Source: Escherichia coli
Lineage (GTDB): Bacteria > Pseudomonadota > Gammaproteobacteria > Enterobacterales > Enterobacteriaceae
Length of the DNA: 64,000 nt
Strand: one strand, 5' to 3'
Assembly (NCBI RefSeq): GCF_965641715.1
Contig: NZ_OZ282453.1
In this document: one piece after another, positions 1 to 10,738 of the stretch
Position numbering within the stretch: the first letter of the stretch is position 1
Layout: each line of letters starts with the position of its first letter
Program-made: the position numbers and the translations under genes
The notes under the pieces: model-generated
Databases searched by the model: none
Seen by the model: only the letters and a program-made list of their open reading frames with translations
What the model was told of the DNA's origin: nothing

Positions 1-725
1 AGGCATAGCATCCCTTTTGGAAATTCTTTTCCTGGGTTGCGCGTTTGATTAACGTAAGGAGAAATCTTCTCTGCTCCGCCAACCGCGAAAACCAGCATTG
101 AAATAGTGGTAATGTAGGTAAAGTCGATATGAGGAATGAACGTTTCCCAGGTAATGTTTGTGGTCGCAATATGCACTTCAGTAATCGCAGGCGCGGTTAC
201 CGCCATCGCCACATACAGGAGCGACATAACAAACATCGCAATCCCTGCCACAGAACCGACGATTTTCAGCGATTTCATACCGCGTGAAGCAACCCACATA
301 AAGAAGATAAACAGCACCAGCGTTAACCCCTGTAACGCTACGACTGAATATTCTTTGATTAGCGAACCGTCGCCTTTCATCGCCCAACCGAGCGCAATCA
401 GTATTGCCTGGGGTTTTTGTGCCAGATAGGGAATATGCACCACCCAGTAGGTCCACGCGGCGAGGTAAGCCAGTCCGGGTCCCATCGTGCGTTTAATCCA
501 GGTACTGACCCCGCCTTTCCCATCTTTGAAGGTCGAGCCTAACTGACCAACAATTAGCGCATAAGGTGTGAAATAGAGCGCAAAGATAAACACCCATGAA
601 AAAACAACCACCAGCCCCTGGTTGGCATAGTTATTAACAACGTTGCCAAAACCCCAGACAGTGATAAAAGACATCAGCGCAATGTTGTACCATCGCAGCT
701 GTTTTTCCTGAACATTCCCAGCCAT
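1..725 (-). CDS. ycaM: Putative transporter YcaM (APC family), 5' portion; gene runs off the window start
   Basis: Minus-strand frame translated by hand from the CAT at 723-725 gives MAGNVQEKQLRWYNIALMSF..., a hydrophobic multi-TM protein with no stop inside the window; position after ycaD matches K-12 synteny. Confidence 0.8.
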   Translation of the reverse strand, partial: MAGNVQEKQLRWYNIALMSFITVWGFGNVVNNYANQGLVVVFSWVFIFALYFTPYALIVGQLGSTFKDGKGGVSTWIKRTMGPGLAYLAAWTYWVVHIPYLAQKPQAILIALGWAMKGDGSLIKEYSVVALQGLTLVLFIFFMWVASRGMKSLKIVGSVAGIAMFVMSLLYVAMAVTAPAITEVHIATTNITWETFIPHIDFTYITTISMLVFAVGGAEKISPYVNQTRNPGKEFPKGMLC

Positions 726-883
726 AGACAAATCCTTCGCCAAAATTAAAGGGGCATCTGTAAAACGAGGGATTATGCGCGGCAAATAAGAAGTGCGGAA
801 ATAGCGAAATGCAAAATTATAACCTGCTGCACATTTTATTTTTAAACGAATAAAATTTGGAAAAAAGCAAGTCAGATAGAAGA

Positions 884-924
884 AACAAAAAAGCAGAGTG
901 TGAAACAGTAAGTTCACACTCTGC
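884..924 (-). terminator. Rho-independent terminator downstream of ycaD
   Basis: Inverted repeat gcagagtgtgaa...ttcacactctgc; on the minus strand it is followed by a T-run. Confidence 0.5.
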
Positions 925-934
925 TTGAATTCAT

Positions 935-2083
935 TTACACGTGAGCAACGGGTTTCGGCGTATGACCGGCGTTGCGAAGCAGCATCAGCAAATAGATAAA
1001 CGATACGCTGGCGATCATGATAAACAATAAATTATCGGAGAAATTCTGCATTAGCATAGCGGTAAATGACGGGCCAAGCAGACTTCCCACGGTATAGCTC
1101 AACAGTAAGGCCTGGTTCATCGCCACCAGTTGATGATGTTCAACTTTCTCGCAAGCCCAGGCCATCGCCACCGGATATAGCGTAAAGCCAGCGGCACCGA
1201 GGATGAATAACGCTGGGGCCATCGCCGCCTGGCTAAGCATCGCGATACTGCCGAGAATGACGACAAAAACCTGAACACGCAACACCAGCAGTCGACCAAA
1301 CTTATCCGCCAGACGTCCGATCGGCCATTGTCCGAGGATACCCGCACTGACCAGTACCGCCATCCAGAAACCAATGCTGGCATTGCTCACCCCTTTGTGA
1401 TTGAGGTACAACGGCATCAGGCCATATAGAGATCCCAGAACGATTCCTGAGATAATGCAGCCATTCACGCCAAGCCGCGCCTGACGGAGTTTTAGCATTG
1501 ACGTAATTGACGTCGAATCATGGTTTTCAGTCTGCTGATTCAGGACACGCGTAAACAACAGCGGTAAGATCCCTGCCAACGTCAAACCTGTAACCCACGG
1601 CAATACGCTCATCAGCTCGGTTGAGACTTTGCTGACCAGTAACTGGCCTAAAAACGTTCCCACGTAATAAACCATCATATACGCAGCAAGCAAACGCCCA
1701 CGGTTACGTGACGTCCCACTGCACATCAGCGCGCTCTCAACGACTACCCAAATCATGGCACAGCCGACGCCCGCGACAAAACGCCACGCCAACCAGCTCC
1801 AGAAACCAATCATCAGGCCAAGGCCGGCACAGCCAGCGGCAAAAATGAAGGAGGCCAGATAATAGCTGCGGTTAAAGCCAATGCGTTTAATGACATACCC
1901 TGTCAGCAATGTACCGACAAGGTTGCCGGTAAAATAGGATGAGCTGACAACGCCTACCTGCCATGTGGACATGTGTTCCTGGGCGAGCCAAAGCGGCACG
2001 AGTGTATTTAACACCGCGATCGCCAGAGTCAACAAAAGCAGGCCAGACAGCAAAAGCATGACAGGCCGGGTATACGTGGACAT
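935..2083 (-). CDS. ycaD: MFS transporter YcaD
   Basis: 382-aa ORF, hydrophobic with multiple TM segments; sequence matches the YcaD I recall; synteny. Confidence 0.9.
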   Translation of the reverse strand: MSTYTRPVMLLLSGLLLLTLAIAVLNTLVPLWLAQEHMSTWQVGVVSSSYFTGNLVGTLLTGYVIKRIGFNRSYYLASFIFAAGCAGLGLMIGFWSWLAWRFVAGVGCAMIWVVVESALMCSGTSRNRGRLLAAYMMVYYVGTFLGQLLVSKVSTELMSVLPWVTGLTLAGILPLLFTRVLNQQTENHDSTSITSMLKLRQARLGVNGCIISGIVLGSLYGLMPLYLNHKGVSNASIGFWMAVLVSAGILGQWPIGRLADKFGRLLVLRVQVFVVILGSIAMLSQAAMAPALFILGAAGFTLYPVAMAWACEKVEHHQLVAMNQALLLSYTVGSLLGPSFTAMLMQNFSDNLLFIMIASVSFIYLLMLLRNAGHTPKPVAHV

Positions 2084-2397
2084 GAATTAAAACCGTGAGG
2101 AAGTTCAAATTTCATGCGCATCATGCCACCGCCAAAAACATTGTCAATGGGTGAAAATACGCGCATATCGCAGCGGTGGTATTATCGATTTATATTACTC
2201 ATTCATAACGCTAATACTGAAGAGATGATTAATCTCATCTGGTTGTTTTTATTGATCTAACACAAATTTCATACGCTTCGTTCAGTCGAAAAATTTCATG
2301 GTCACAGCAAACTCATATTTCCCGTCTATGCTTTCAGAGCAATGCATCGCGTCTGACCGATTTCAGACGTACCACTGACTCTCGAAAGGAGAAGAGG

Positions 2398-3024
2398 ATG
2401 ACCAAACCGTATGTTCGTCTTGATAAAAATGATGCTGCCGTTTTGCTTGTTGATCACCAGGCTGGTTTACTTTCCCTTGTACGGGATATCGAACCCGATA
2501 AGTTTAAAAATAACGTGCTGGCGCTGGGTGACCTGGCTAAGTATTTCAACTTACCAACTATTCTTACCACCAGTTTTGAAACCGGTCCTAACGGCCCATT
2601 AGTTCCAGAACTGAAAGCACAATTCCCCGATGCACCTTACATTGCTCGCCCGGGCAATATTAACGCCTGGGATAACGAAGATTTTGTAAAAGCAGTCAAA
2701 GCGACAGGTAAAAAACAGTTAATTATTGCCGGTGTGGTAACCGAAGTTTGCGTGGCATTCCCGGCGCTTTCAGCCATTGAAGAAGGGTTTGATGTCTTCG
2801 TTGTGACTGACGCGTCAGGGACCTTTAATGAAATTACCCGGCATTCGGCATGGGATCGCATGTCGCAAGCAGGTGCGCAATTGATGACATGGTTCGGCGT
2901 GGCTTGCGAGCTGCACCGTGACTGGCGTAATGATATTGAAGGACTGGCGACGTTGTTCTCTAACCATATTCCTGATTATCGTAATTTGATGACCAGTTAT
3001 GACACGTTAACGAAGCAGAAATAA
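2398..3024 (+). CDS. ycaC: Isochorismatase-family hydrolase YcaC
   Basis: 208-aa ORF starting MTKPYVRLDKNDAAVLLVDHQ; cysteine-hydrolase fold family; synteny. Confidence 0.9.
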   Translation: MTKPYVRLDKNDAAVLLVDHQAGLLSLVRDIEPDKFKNNVLALGDLAKYFNLPTILTTSFETGPNGPLVPELKAQFPDAPYIARPGNINAWDNEDFVKAVKATGKKQLIIAGVVTEVCVAFPALSAIEEGFDVFVVTDASGTFNEITRHSAWDRMSQAGAQLMTWFGVACELHRDWRNDIEGLATLFSNHIPDYRNLMTSYDTLTKQK

Positions 3025-3029
3025 AAGAG

Positions 3030-3055
3030 AACCGGGGCCGAAACCCCGGTTGTTA
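3030..3055. terminator. Hairpin between convergent ycaC and dmsC
   Basis: Perfect stem aaccgggg / ccccggtt with a 6-nt loop; no strong T-run, so it may act bidirectionally or only as a stabiliser. Confidence 0.45.
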
Positions 3056-3059
3056 CTGA

Positions 3060-3923
3060 TTAGCTTGCGACGGCCATCCCCACGGTCATATGCAAACCAT
3101 AGAATACGCCGCGACCGATTAATTCCCCTGCCAGAAGCAGAATGAATGAGACGGATAGTAGCGGAACCGCAGGCTGATAACCTTTTAGCTGTGGTGCAAT
3201 CCACAAGCACAGGGCAACGGCCAAAAGCACGATCCGCCAGGACATCAGCGCACCATAGTCCGGCACCAGCGCTGCAGCCTGCTGCACAGAACTATGAATA
3301 GTTGCCAGCTCTGTGCCCTGCATCACTGACATCACGCCACTCACCACCAGTGCCAGTACAGAAATGGCTGGCAGCAGACGCATCGCCCAGCCATCGACGC
3401 CAGCCAGACTCAGCAACAGGTAACCCAGTAACGGGCCGCCCATGAACATCGTCAGGAAGAAGCCCATCGGCGTCCAGATGCTGTACCAGGTCGGAACGGT
3501 ATCAATGCTGTTATAGACACGCACCATCATCCAGACAAAGACGACGCCAAGAACCATCGTCACCACCAGCCATAGCGTACGCAATGCCGGTGACAGCTTT
3601 TTCAGCATTGCCAGCAACCAGCCGATGCCACCTACAGCAAAAAAGATCGAACCGCTGGCGATTTCGTTACTGAGTGCTGAAGCCCCTACCCGGTTGAGCG
3701 AGTTAAAGGCGCGCATCGGTGAACCAAGATGGAGCATAGAGGCGATAAAGCCAATGCCCATCAGCACCCATAAGCCAAACATGCAGGCGATAACACGCTG
3801 CTGGGTTTCTGCTCGCAGGTCGCCTTTGAGCAGCGCCAAAGCCAGAACGATAAAACCACCCGCCACACATTGCCCGAAGACCGTGAAGATCATCAGCGGC
3901 CATTCATGCCATCCACTTCCCAT
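3060..3923 (-). CDS. dmsC: DMSO reductase membrane anchor subunit DmsC
   Basis: Start placed at MGSGWHEWPLMIFTVFGQ (287 aa), directly after the dmsB stop; the track ORF has an in-frame upstream extension. Confidence 0.9.
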   Translation of the reverse strand: MGSGWHEWPLMIFTVFGQCVAGGFIVLALALLKGDLRAETQQRVIACMFGLWVLMGIGFIASMLHLGSPMRAFNSLNRVGASALSNEIASGSIFFAVGGIGWLLAMLKKLSPALRTLWLVVTMVLGVVFVWMMVRVYNSIDTVPTWYSIWTPMGFFLTMFMGGPLLGYLLLSLAGVDGWAMRLLPAISVLALVVSGVMSVMQGTELATIHSSVQQAAALVPDYGALMSWRIVLLAVALCLWIAPQLKGYQPAVPLLSVSFILLLAGELIGRGVFYGLHMTVGMAVAS

Positions 3924-3924
3924 C

Positions 3925-4542
3925 TCACACCTCCTTCGGGTTTGCCAGATAGCCAGTGGTATCCCCGGTCGGGCGGCTATTGGCATTGGGTTTGATCACA
4001 ATATTCGGTTTGGTAAAGTGAGCTCGCGGCAACGGCGCAACGGCCGCCAGATCGCCATGTTTTTTACGCAGCTCGTCGATAGGGCCGAAATCCAGCGCCC
4101 GCAGCGGACAAGATTCAACACAGATCGGCTTTTTACCCTCCGCAACACGGTCATAACAACCATCGCATTTGGTCATATGGCCTTTCGTTTCGTTATATTG
4201 CGGTGCGCCATACGGGCAAGCCATATGGCAGTAGCGGCAGCCAATGCACACATCTTCATCGACCACAACAAAACCATCTTCACGTTTATGCATCGCACCG
4301 CTCGGGCAGACTTTAGTACAAGCCGGATCTTCGCAGTGGTTGCACGAAATCGACAGATAGTAGGCAAACACGTTCTGGTGCCAGACACCGTTATCTTCCT
4401 GCCAGTCGCCACCAGCATATTCATAAATGCGGCGGAAGCTGACTTCTGGCGTCAAATCTTTGTAGTCTTTACAAGCCAGCTCGCAGGTTTTGCAACCGGT
4501 GCAACGGCTGGAATCAATAAAAAATCCATACTGGGTTGTCAT
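3925..4542 (-). CDS. dmsB: DMSO reductase iron-sulfur subunit DmsB
   Basis: 205 aa with four ferredoxin-type Cys clusters (CTGCKTCELAC, CIGCRYCHMACP and others). Confidence 0.95.
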   Translation of the reverse strand: MTTQYGFFIDSSRCTGCKTCELACKDYKDLTPEVSFRRIYEYAGGDWQEDNGVWHQNVFAYYLSISCNHCEDPACTKVCPSGAMHKREDGFVVVDEDVCIGCRYCHMACPYGAPQYNETKGHMTKCDGCYDRVAEGKKPICVESCPLRALDFGPIDELRKKHGDLAAVAPLPRAHFTKPNIVIKPNANSRPTGDTTGYLANPKEV

Positions 4543-4552
4543 CGGTTACTCC

Positions 4553-6997
4553 TTACACCTTTTCAACCTGAACAAGGTTTGTATGTGACGGATTCCCCTT
4601 AGCGAGAGGAGACGGACGTTGAGTGGTCAGTACGTTAATACAACCACCCTTATCGACACGTTTTGCATCCGGGTCATACCAGGCACCTTCACCCAGTGCG
4701 ACCACACCCGGCATCATTCGTGGCGTCACTTTCGCCTCAATATGAACCTCACCACGATCGTTAAAGATCCTGACTTTATCGCCGTTGTGGATACCGCGTT
4801 TTTGGGCATCAAGCGGGTTGATCCACATTTCCTGACGGCAAGCCGCTTTCAGCACATCAACGTTGCCGTAAGTTGAGTGAACGCGAGATTTATAGTGGAA
4901 ACCTGTAAGCTGCAGCGGATACTGTTTGTTCAGCGGATCCTGATAACTTTCAAAGCCCGGCGTGTAGATCGGCAGTGGATCGATCACATCGCCTTCTGGC
5001 AATTCCCAGGTAGCGGCAATGTCAGCCAGCGCCTGCGAATAAATCTCAATTTTACCCGATGGCGTGGTCAGTGGATTTGCCTGCGGATCTTCACGGAAGG
5101 CTTTATAAGCAACGTGATGCCCTTGTGGGTCGCGCTTTTTAAAGATCCCCTGCTTGCGGAACTCTTCAAACGTTGGCAGTTCAGGAATCGCTTTCCGCGA
5201 CTGGGCATACAGATGCCGCATCCACTCTTCCTGGGTACGACCTTCAGTAAACTGTTGCTCAACGCCAAGACGTTTTGCCAGTTCGCTGGTCATCTCATAG
5301 ATGGTCTTACATTCAAAGCGCGGTTTAATCACCTGATCGTTGAAAATCACGTAAGACATATTCCCGCAGGATGCATCCAGCGCAAAGTCCATCTGTTCGG
5401 AAGCGGTGCAGTCAGGCAGCAGGATGTCAGCATATTTCGCCGATGAAGTCATGTGGCAGTCGATAACCACAATCAGCTCGCACTTCTTATCATCCTGGAG
5501 GATTTCATGGGTACGGTTGATTTCAGAATGCTGGTTAATCAGGCAGTTACCGGCATAGTTCCAGATCATTTTGATCGGCACATCCAGCTTATCTTTCCCG
5601 CGCACACCATCACGCAGCGCCGTCATTTCCGGGCCACGTTCAATGGCATCGGTCCACATAAACATCGAAATGCTGGTCTGGATCGGGTTTTCCAAGGTCG
5701 GCATACGGACAAACGGTAAGCTGTATGAACCTTCACGCGCGCCGCTGTTCCCTCCATTAATACCAACGTTACCGGTCAGAATCGCCAGCATCGAGATAGC
5801 ACGGGTTGCGATTTCACCGTTAGCGTGACGCTGCGGGCCCCATCCCTGGCTGATAAACGCCGGTTTGGTACTGCCGATTTCACGAGCCAGTTTGATGATT
5901 TTGTCTGCCGGAACACCGGTGATTTGCGAGGCCCATTCCGGTGTTTTAGCCACGCCATCTGGCCCTTCACCCAGAATATAAGCTTTATAGTGGCCATTTT
6001 TCGGCGCACTGGCTGGCAGGGTTTTCTCATCGTAGCCAACGCAATATTTATCGAGGAATGCCTGATCCACCAGGTTTTCAGTGATCATGACGTACGCCAG
6101 ACCGTTAACCAGTGCGGCATCTGTTCCCGGACGAATAGGGATCCACTCATCTTCGCGCCCGGCACCGGTGTCGGTATAGCGCGGATCGATGATGATCATG
6201 CGGGCATTAGATTTCTGGCGTGCCTGTTCAAGATAGTAAGTCACCCCACCGCCACTCATTCGCGTTTCGCCAGGGTTATTACCAAACAGCACTACCAGCT
6301 TACTGTTTTCGATATCCGACGGGCTGTTGCCATCTGCCCAGCCGCCGTAGGTATAGTTCAGACCTTCCGCAATTTGCGCGGAAGAGTAGTCACCGTAATG
6401 GTTCAGATAACCGCCGCAGCAGTTCATCAGCCGCGCGACCAGGGTATTTCCCGGCGGCCAGGAGCGGGTCATGGTGCCACCCAGCGTACCGGTGCCATAG
6501 TTAAGATAGATGGATTCGTTGCCGTACTCTTTGATCAGGCGCTGCATATTGGTCGCGATGATGTCGTAGGCTTCTTCCCAGCTAATGCGCTCGAATTTGC
6601 CTTCACCGCGCGCCCCGACTCGTTTCATCGGATATTTCAGGCGGTCCGGATTATAGACACGGCGACGCATGGAACGCCCACGCAAACAGGCGCGAACCTG
6701 GTGCAGGCCGTCGTAATTGTCATCGCCGGTATTGTCCGTTTCGACATATTTGATTTCACCGTCCACGACGTGCATACGTAGCGGGCAGCGACTACCACAG
6801 TTAACTGTACAGGCGCTCCAGATAACCTTTTCGTCTGATTTTGTTGGAATGGCGCTATCGACAGCGTGCGCAATCCGACTAAAAGGTAATGTTAATGCGC
6901 TGCTGGCCATTGCCAGGCCGCCGATCGCTGTCGTTTTTACTAAACCACGGCGACTCACCTCAGCAGCCAATACCGCATCAGGGATTTTCGTTTTCAT
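4553..6997 (-). CDS. dmsA: DMSO reductase catalytic subunit DmsA (molybdopterin, Tat-exported)
   Basis: 814 aa; N-terminal twin-arginine motif SRRGLVK; molybdopterin oxidoreductase family. Confidence 0.95.
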   Translation of the reverse strand: MKTKIPDAVLAAEVSRRGLVKTTAIGGLAMASSALTLPFSRIAHAVDSAIPTKSDEKVIWSACTVNCGSRCPLRMHVVDGEIKYVETDNTGDDNYDGLHQVRACLRGRSMRRRVYNPDRLKYPMKRVGARGEGKFERISWEEAYDIIATNMQRLIKEYGNESIYLNYGTGTLGGTMTRSWPPGNTLVARLMNCCGGYLNHYGDYSSAQIAEGLNYTYGGWADGNSPSDIENSKLVVLFGNNPGETRMSGGGVTYYLEQARQKSNARMIIIDPRYTDTGAGREDEWIPIRPGTDAALVNGLAYVMITENLVDQAFLDKYCVGYDEKTLPASAPKNGHYKAYILGEGPDGVAKTPEWASQITGVPADKIIKLAREIGSTKPAFISQGWGPQRHANGEIATRAISMLAILTGNVGINGGNSGAREGSYSLPFVRMPTLENPIQTSISMFMWTDAIERGPEMTALRDGVRGKDKLDVPIKMIWNYAGNCLINQHSEINRTHEILQDDKKCELIVVIDCHMTSSAKYADILLPDCTASEQMDFALDASCGNMSYVIFNDQVIKPRFECKTIYEMTSELAKRLGVEQQFTEGRTQEEWMRHLYAQSRKAIPELPTFEEFRKQGIFKKRDPQGHHVAYKAFREDPQANPLTTPSGKIEIYSQALADIAATWELPEGDVIDPLPIYTPGFESYQDPLNKQYPLQLTGFHYKSRVHSTYGNVDVLKAACRQEMWINPLDAQKRGIHNGDKVRIFNDRGEVHIEAKVTPRMMPGVVALGEGAWYDPDAKRVDKGGCINVLTTQRPSPLAKGNPSHTNLVQVEKV

Positions 6998-7200
6998 AAT
7001 GGCTCACTCAAGCTTGCTCACGATTGATTCCAGTAACAAACCGTATTGTGTAATTATTTCTATAGCAGATCGCTATATAGGCTTGTATACATCGAATAAT
7101 TTGAAAATCAAAGAGATAGGTAGATTTTCACTCGAAAGTAGTATTACGTGTAAGTGAGGAGTAATTATTGTTCGGTATCAAAGGGAGACAAAAAAAGCGC

Positions 7201-7225
7201 CCGCAGGCGCTTTTTAGATTCAGAA
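7201..7225 (-). terminator. Rho-independent terminator of serS (hairpin flanked by A-run and T-run)
   Basis: aaaaaa-gcgcc-cgca-ggcgc-ttttt, immediately downstream of the serS stop. Confidence 0.6.
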
Positions 7226-7235
7226 AAATTAGGTA

Positions 7236-8549
<1,314 letters not shown>

Positions 8550-8618
8550 TTAAATGGGAGATGTGGCCACAGCCTGCGACCACAGGGATACAGTAACAAC
8601 ATTACCGCAACGATAACA

Positions 8619-9962
8619 TTAACGGTAGCGTTTTATGGGGCTATTTTGATCCTGTTCAGCCAGCCAGGCGAGCTTTTCGCCAATCTTGCCTTCAAGGCCC
8701 CTGTTTGTCGGGAAATAATAGCGTGTTTGTGCTATTTCCGGCGGGAAGTAAACCTCACCGGCAGCATAAGCGTTTGCTTCATCATGAGCGTAACGATATT
8801 CCTGCCCGTAGCCCATTTCCTTCATTAATTTCGTCGGCGCATTACGCAAATGAACCGGCACGTCATAATCCGGGCGTTCGCGAGCATCGGCCAGCGCGGC
8901 TTTAAACGCAGTGTAGACAGCGTTGCTTTTTGGCGCGCAGGCCAGGTAAACAATCGCCTGAGCAATGGCGCGTTCACCTTCCGCCGGGCCAACGCGAGTA
9001 AAGCAATCCCAGGCCGCAATTGCCACCTGCATCGCCCGTGGATCGGCATTACCGACGTCTTCAGACGCAATCGCCAGACAGCGACGCGCGACATATAACG
9101 GATCGCCACCAGCGGTAATAATTCGCGCATACCAGTACAGCGCCGCATCGGGTGCGCTACCACGTACCGACTTATGCAGTGCGGAAATCAGATCGTAAAA
9201 GCGATCGCCTTTGTTATCAAAGCGGGCGCTACGTTCACCGGCGATTTCGGTCAATAATTCAGGCTTCAGGACCCGCTTACCGCTATCATCGACTTCGGCC
9301 ATATCCGCCATCATTTCCAGCGTATTTAACGCCCGGCGCGCGTCGCCATTCACCAGTTCTGCAATGGCACGTCGTGTTTCATCTGGCAGAACAATATCCT
9401 GACCACCATAGCCACGGGTTTTGTCTTCCATCGCCTGAGTTAGTACTTGCTCAATATCCTCTGTACTCAGGGATTTCAACAGATAAACACGGGCACGGGA
9501 AAGCAGTGCCGAATTAAGCTCAAACGACGGGTTTTCAGTGGTTGCGCCAATAAAAGTGATGGTGCCGTCTTCAATATGTGGCAGAAATGCATCCTGCTGG
9601 CTTTTGTTGAAACGGTGAACTTCGTCAACAAAAAGAATAGTGCGGCGACCTGCATTGCGGTTTTGCCGGGCGCGCTCGATCGCCTCGCGAATCTCTTTCA
9701 CGCCAGAGGTGACGGCAGAAATACGTTCCACATCAGCGTTCGCATAGCGGGCAATCACTTCAGCGAGGGTTGTTTTGCCGGTACCCGGTGGCCCCCAGAG
9801 GATCATAGAATGCAAATGCCCGGCTTCGATAGCGCGCGGCAGCGGCTTCCCCGCAGCCAGCAAATGTTGCTGGCCGATATACTGTGCTAAATTTTCTGGC
9901 CGCATACGCGCGGCCAGAGGTTGAAAAGTATTATCCGAAAAATCGAGCGACAGATTGCTCAC
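8619..9962 (-). CDS. rarA: Replication-associated recombination protein A (AAA+ ATPase RarA/MgsA)
   Basis: 447 aa; Walker [10 protein letters not shown]; matches RarA. Confidence 0.95.
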
Positions 9963-9972
9963 TCAGGTGCCT

Positions 9973-10584
9973 CTACTTACGTTGATCATCTACCGTGACG
10001 CCTTGCGGCGGGGTGAAGGTAAATTTCGCTGCATCCACAGCCCCATTTTGCTGGGATTTCAGCTGATAACTGCTGCGCTGATCGTCCTGCTCCACCGCGC
10101 TAAACTGATGGATTGTGCCATCACGTCCCACGTTAATGGTGAACTGCTTCAGATTGCCATTGCTGGCTTTCGGCGTCAGGACAAAGTCATCGCCATTCTG
10201 TTTGATATTGTACTGCTGCCAGTCGCTGGACTGGTTGCGGGCAATCAGCATAAACGGCGTATTACCGGTGGCATCTTTCAGCCAGGTTGCCGTAGCTTGC
10301 TCAACGAACGGGTTATAGAACCACAGTGTTTTACCGTCAGAAACCAGAATGCTTTCATCAGGTTGTGTCATATGCCAGTTGAATAAGTTTGGACGTTTCA
10401 CCCACAGATCGCCCTGACCTTCCTGCACCGCCGCGCCGCTACCGTCAGTAACTTTTTGTGTAAAGCTGGCGTGGAAGCTGCTGACTTTATCCAGGCGACT
10501 TTTCAGATCGCTTGCGGCATCAGCCCAAACGCTGCTTGCTACTAAGCTTGAGAGTAATGCACAGGTGATGGCAATTTTTTTCAT
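9973..10584 (-). CDS. lolA: Outer-membrane lipoprotein carrier protein LolA
   Basis: 203 aa from [21 protein letters not shown] (signal peptide); the track ORF begins one Met earlier. Confidence 0.9.
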
Positions 10585-10696
10585 CATTATTCCTCAAATT
10601 ACGTCACTCCCGATCGGGAGTTCCCTCTACTCTCTATTCCAGGCTAATAATCAGCTTGAGGAAAGAAGAAAATACTGAATTTTCAGTTGATAGAGT

Positions 10697-10728
10697 GCCG
10701 GATGCGACGCTACCGCGCCTTATCCGGC
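10697..10728. repeat. REP (repetitive extragenic palindrome) element just downstream of ftsK
   Basis: gccggatgcgacgctaccgcgccttatccggc matches the REP consensus core. Confidence 0.7.
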
Positions 10729-10738
10729 AATGCATTAA

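Noticed and set aside
136-456. Track ORFs 136-429 (+) and 178-456 (-) near the window start
   Set aside because: This region is covered by the YcaM frame, which runs off the window edge and so is missing from the ORF track; these are out-of-frame or antisense artefacts.
3625-6781. Long plus-strand ORFs (3625-4602, 4877-5446, 5825-6781 and others) lying antisense within dmsC, dmsB and dmsA
   Set aside because: They overlap well-supported minus-strand genes, have no ribosome-binding site or recognisable domain, and are the usual antisense artefacts of GC-rich coding DNA.
6998-7200. FNR box in the dmsA promoter region
   Set aside because: Candidate sequences (ttgattccagtaacaa, ttgaaaatcaa) do not fit the TTGAT-N4-ATCAA spacing; an FNR site is expected biologically but I could not place it confidently by eye.
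10600-10630. Palindrome ctcccgatcgggag upstream of lolA as a terminator
   Set aside because: No adjacent U-run on either strand; more likely part of the REP-containing spacer or a regulatory hairpin, and not enough evidence to call.
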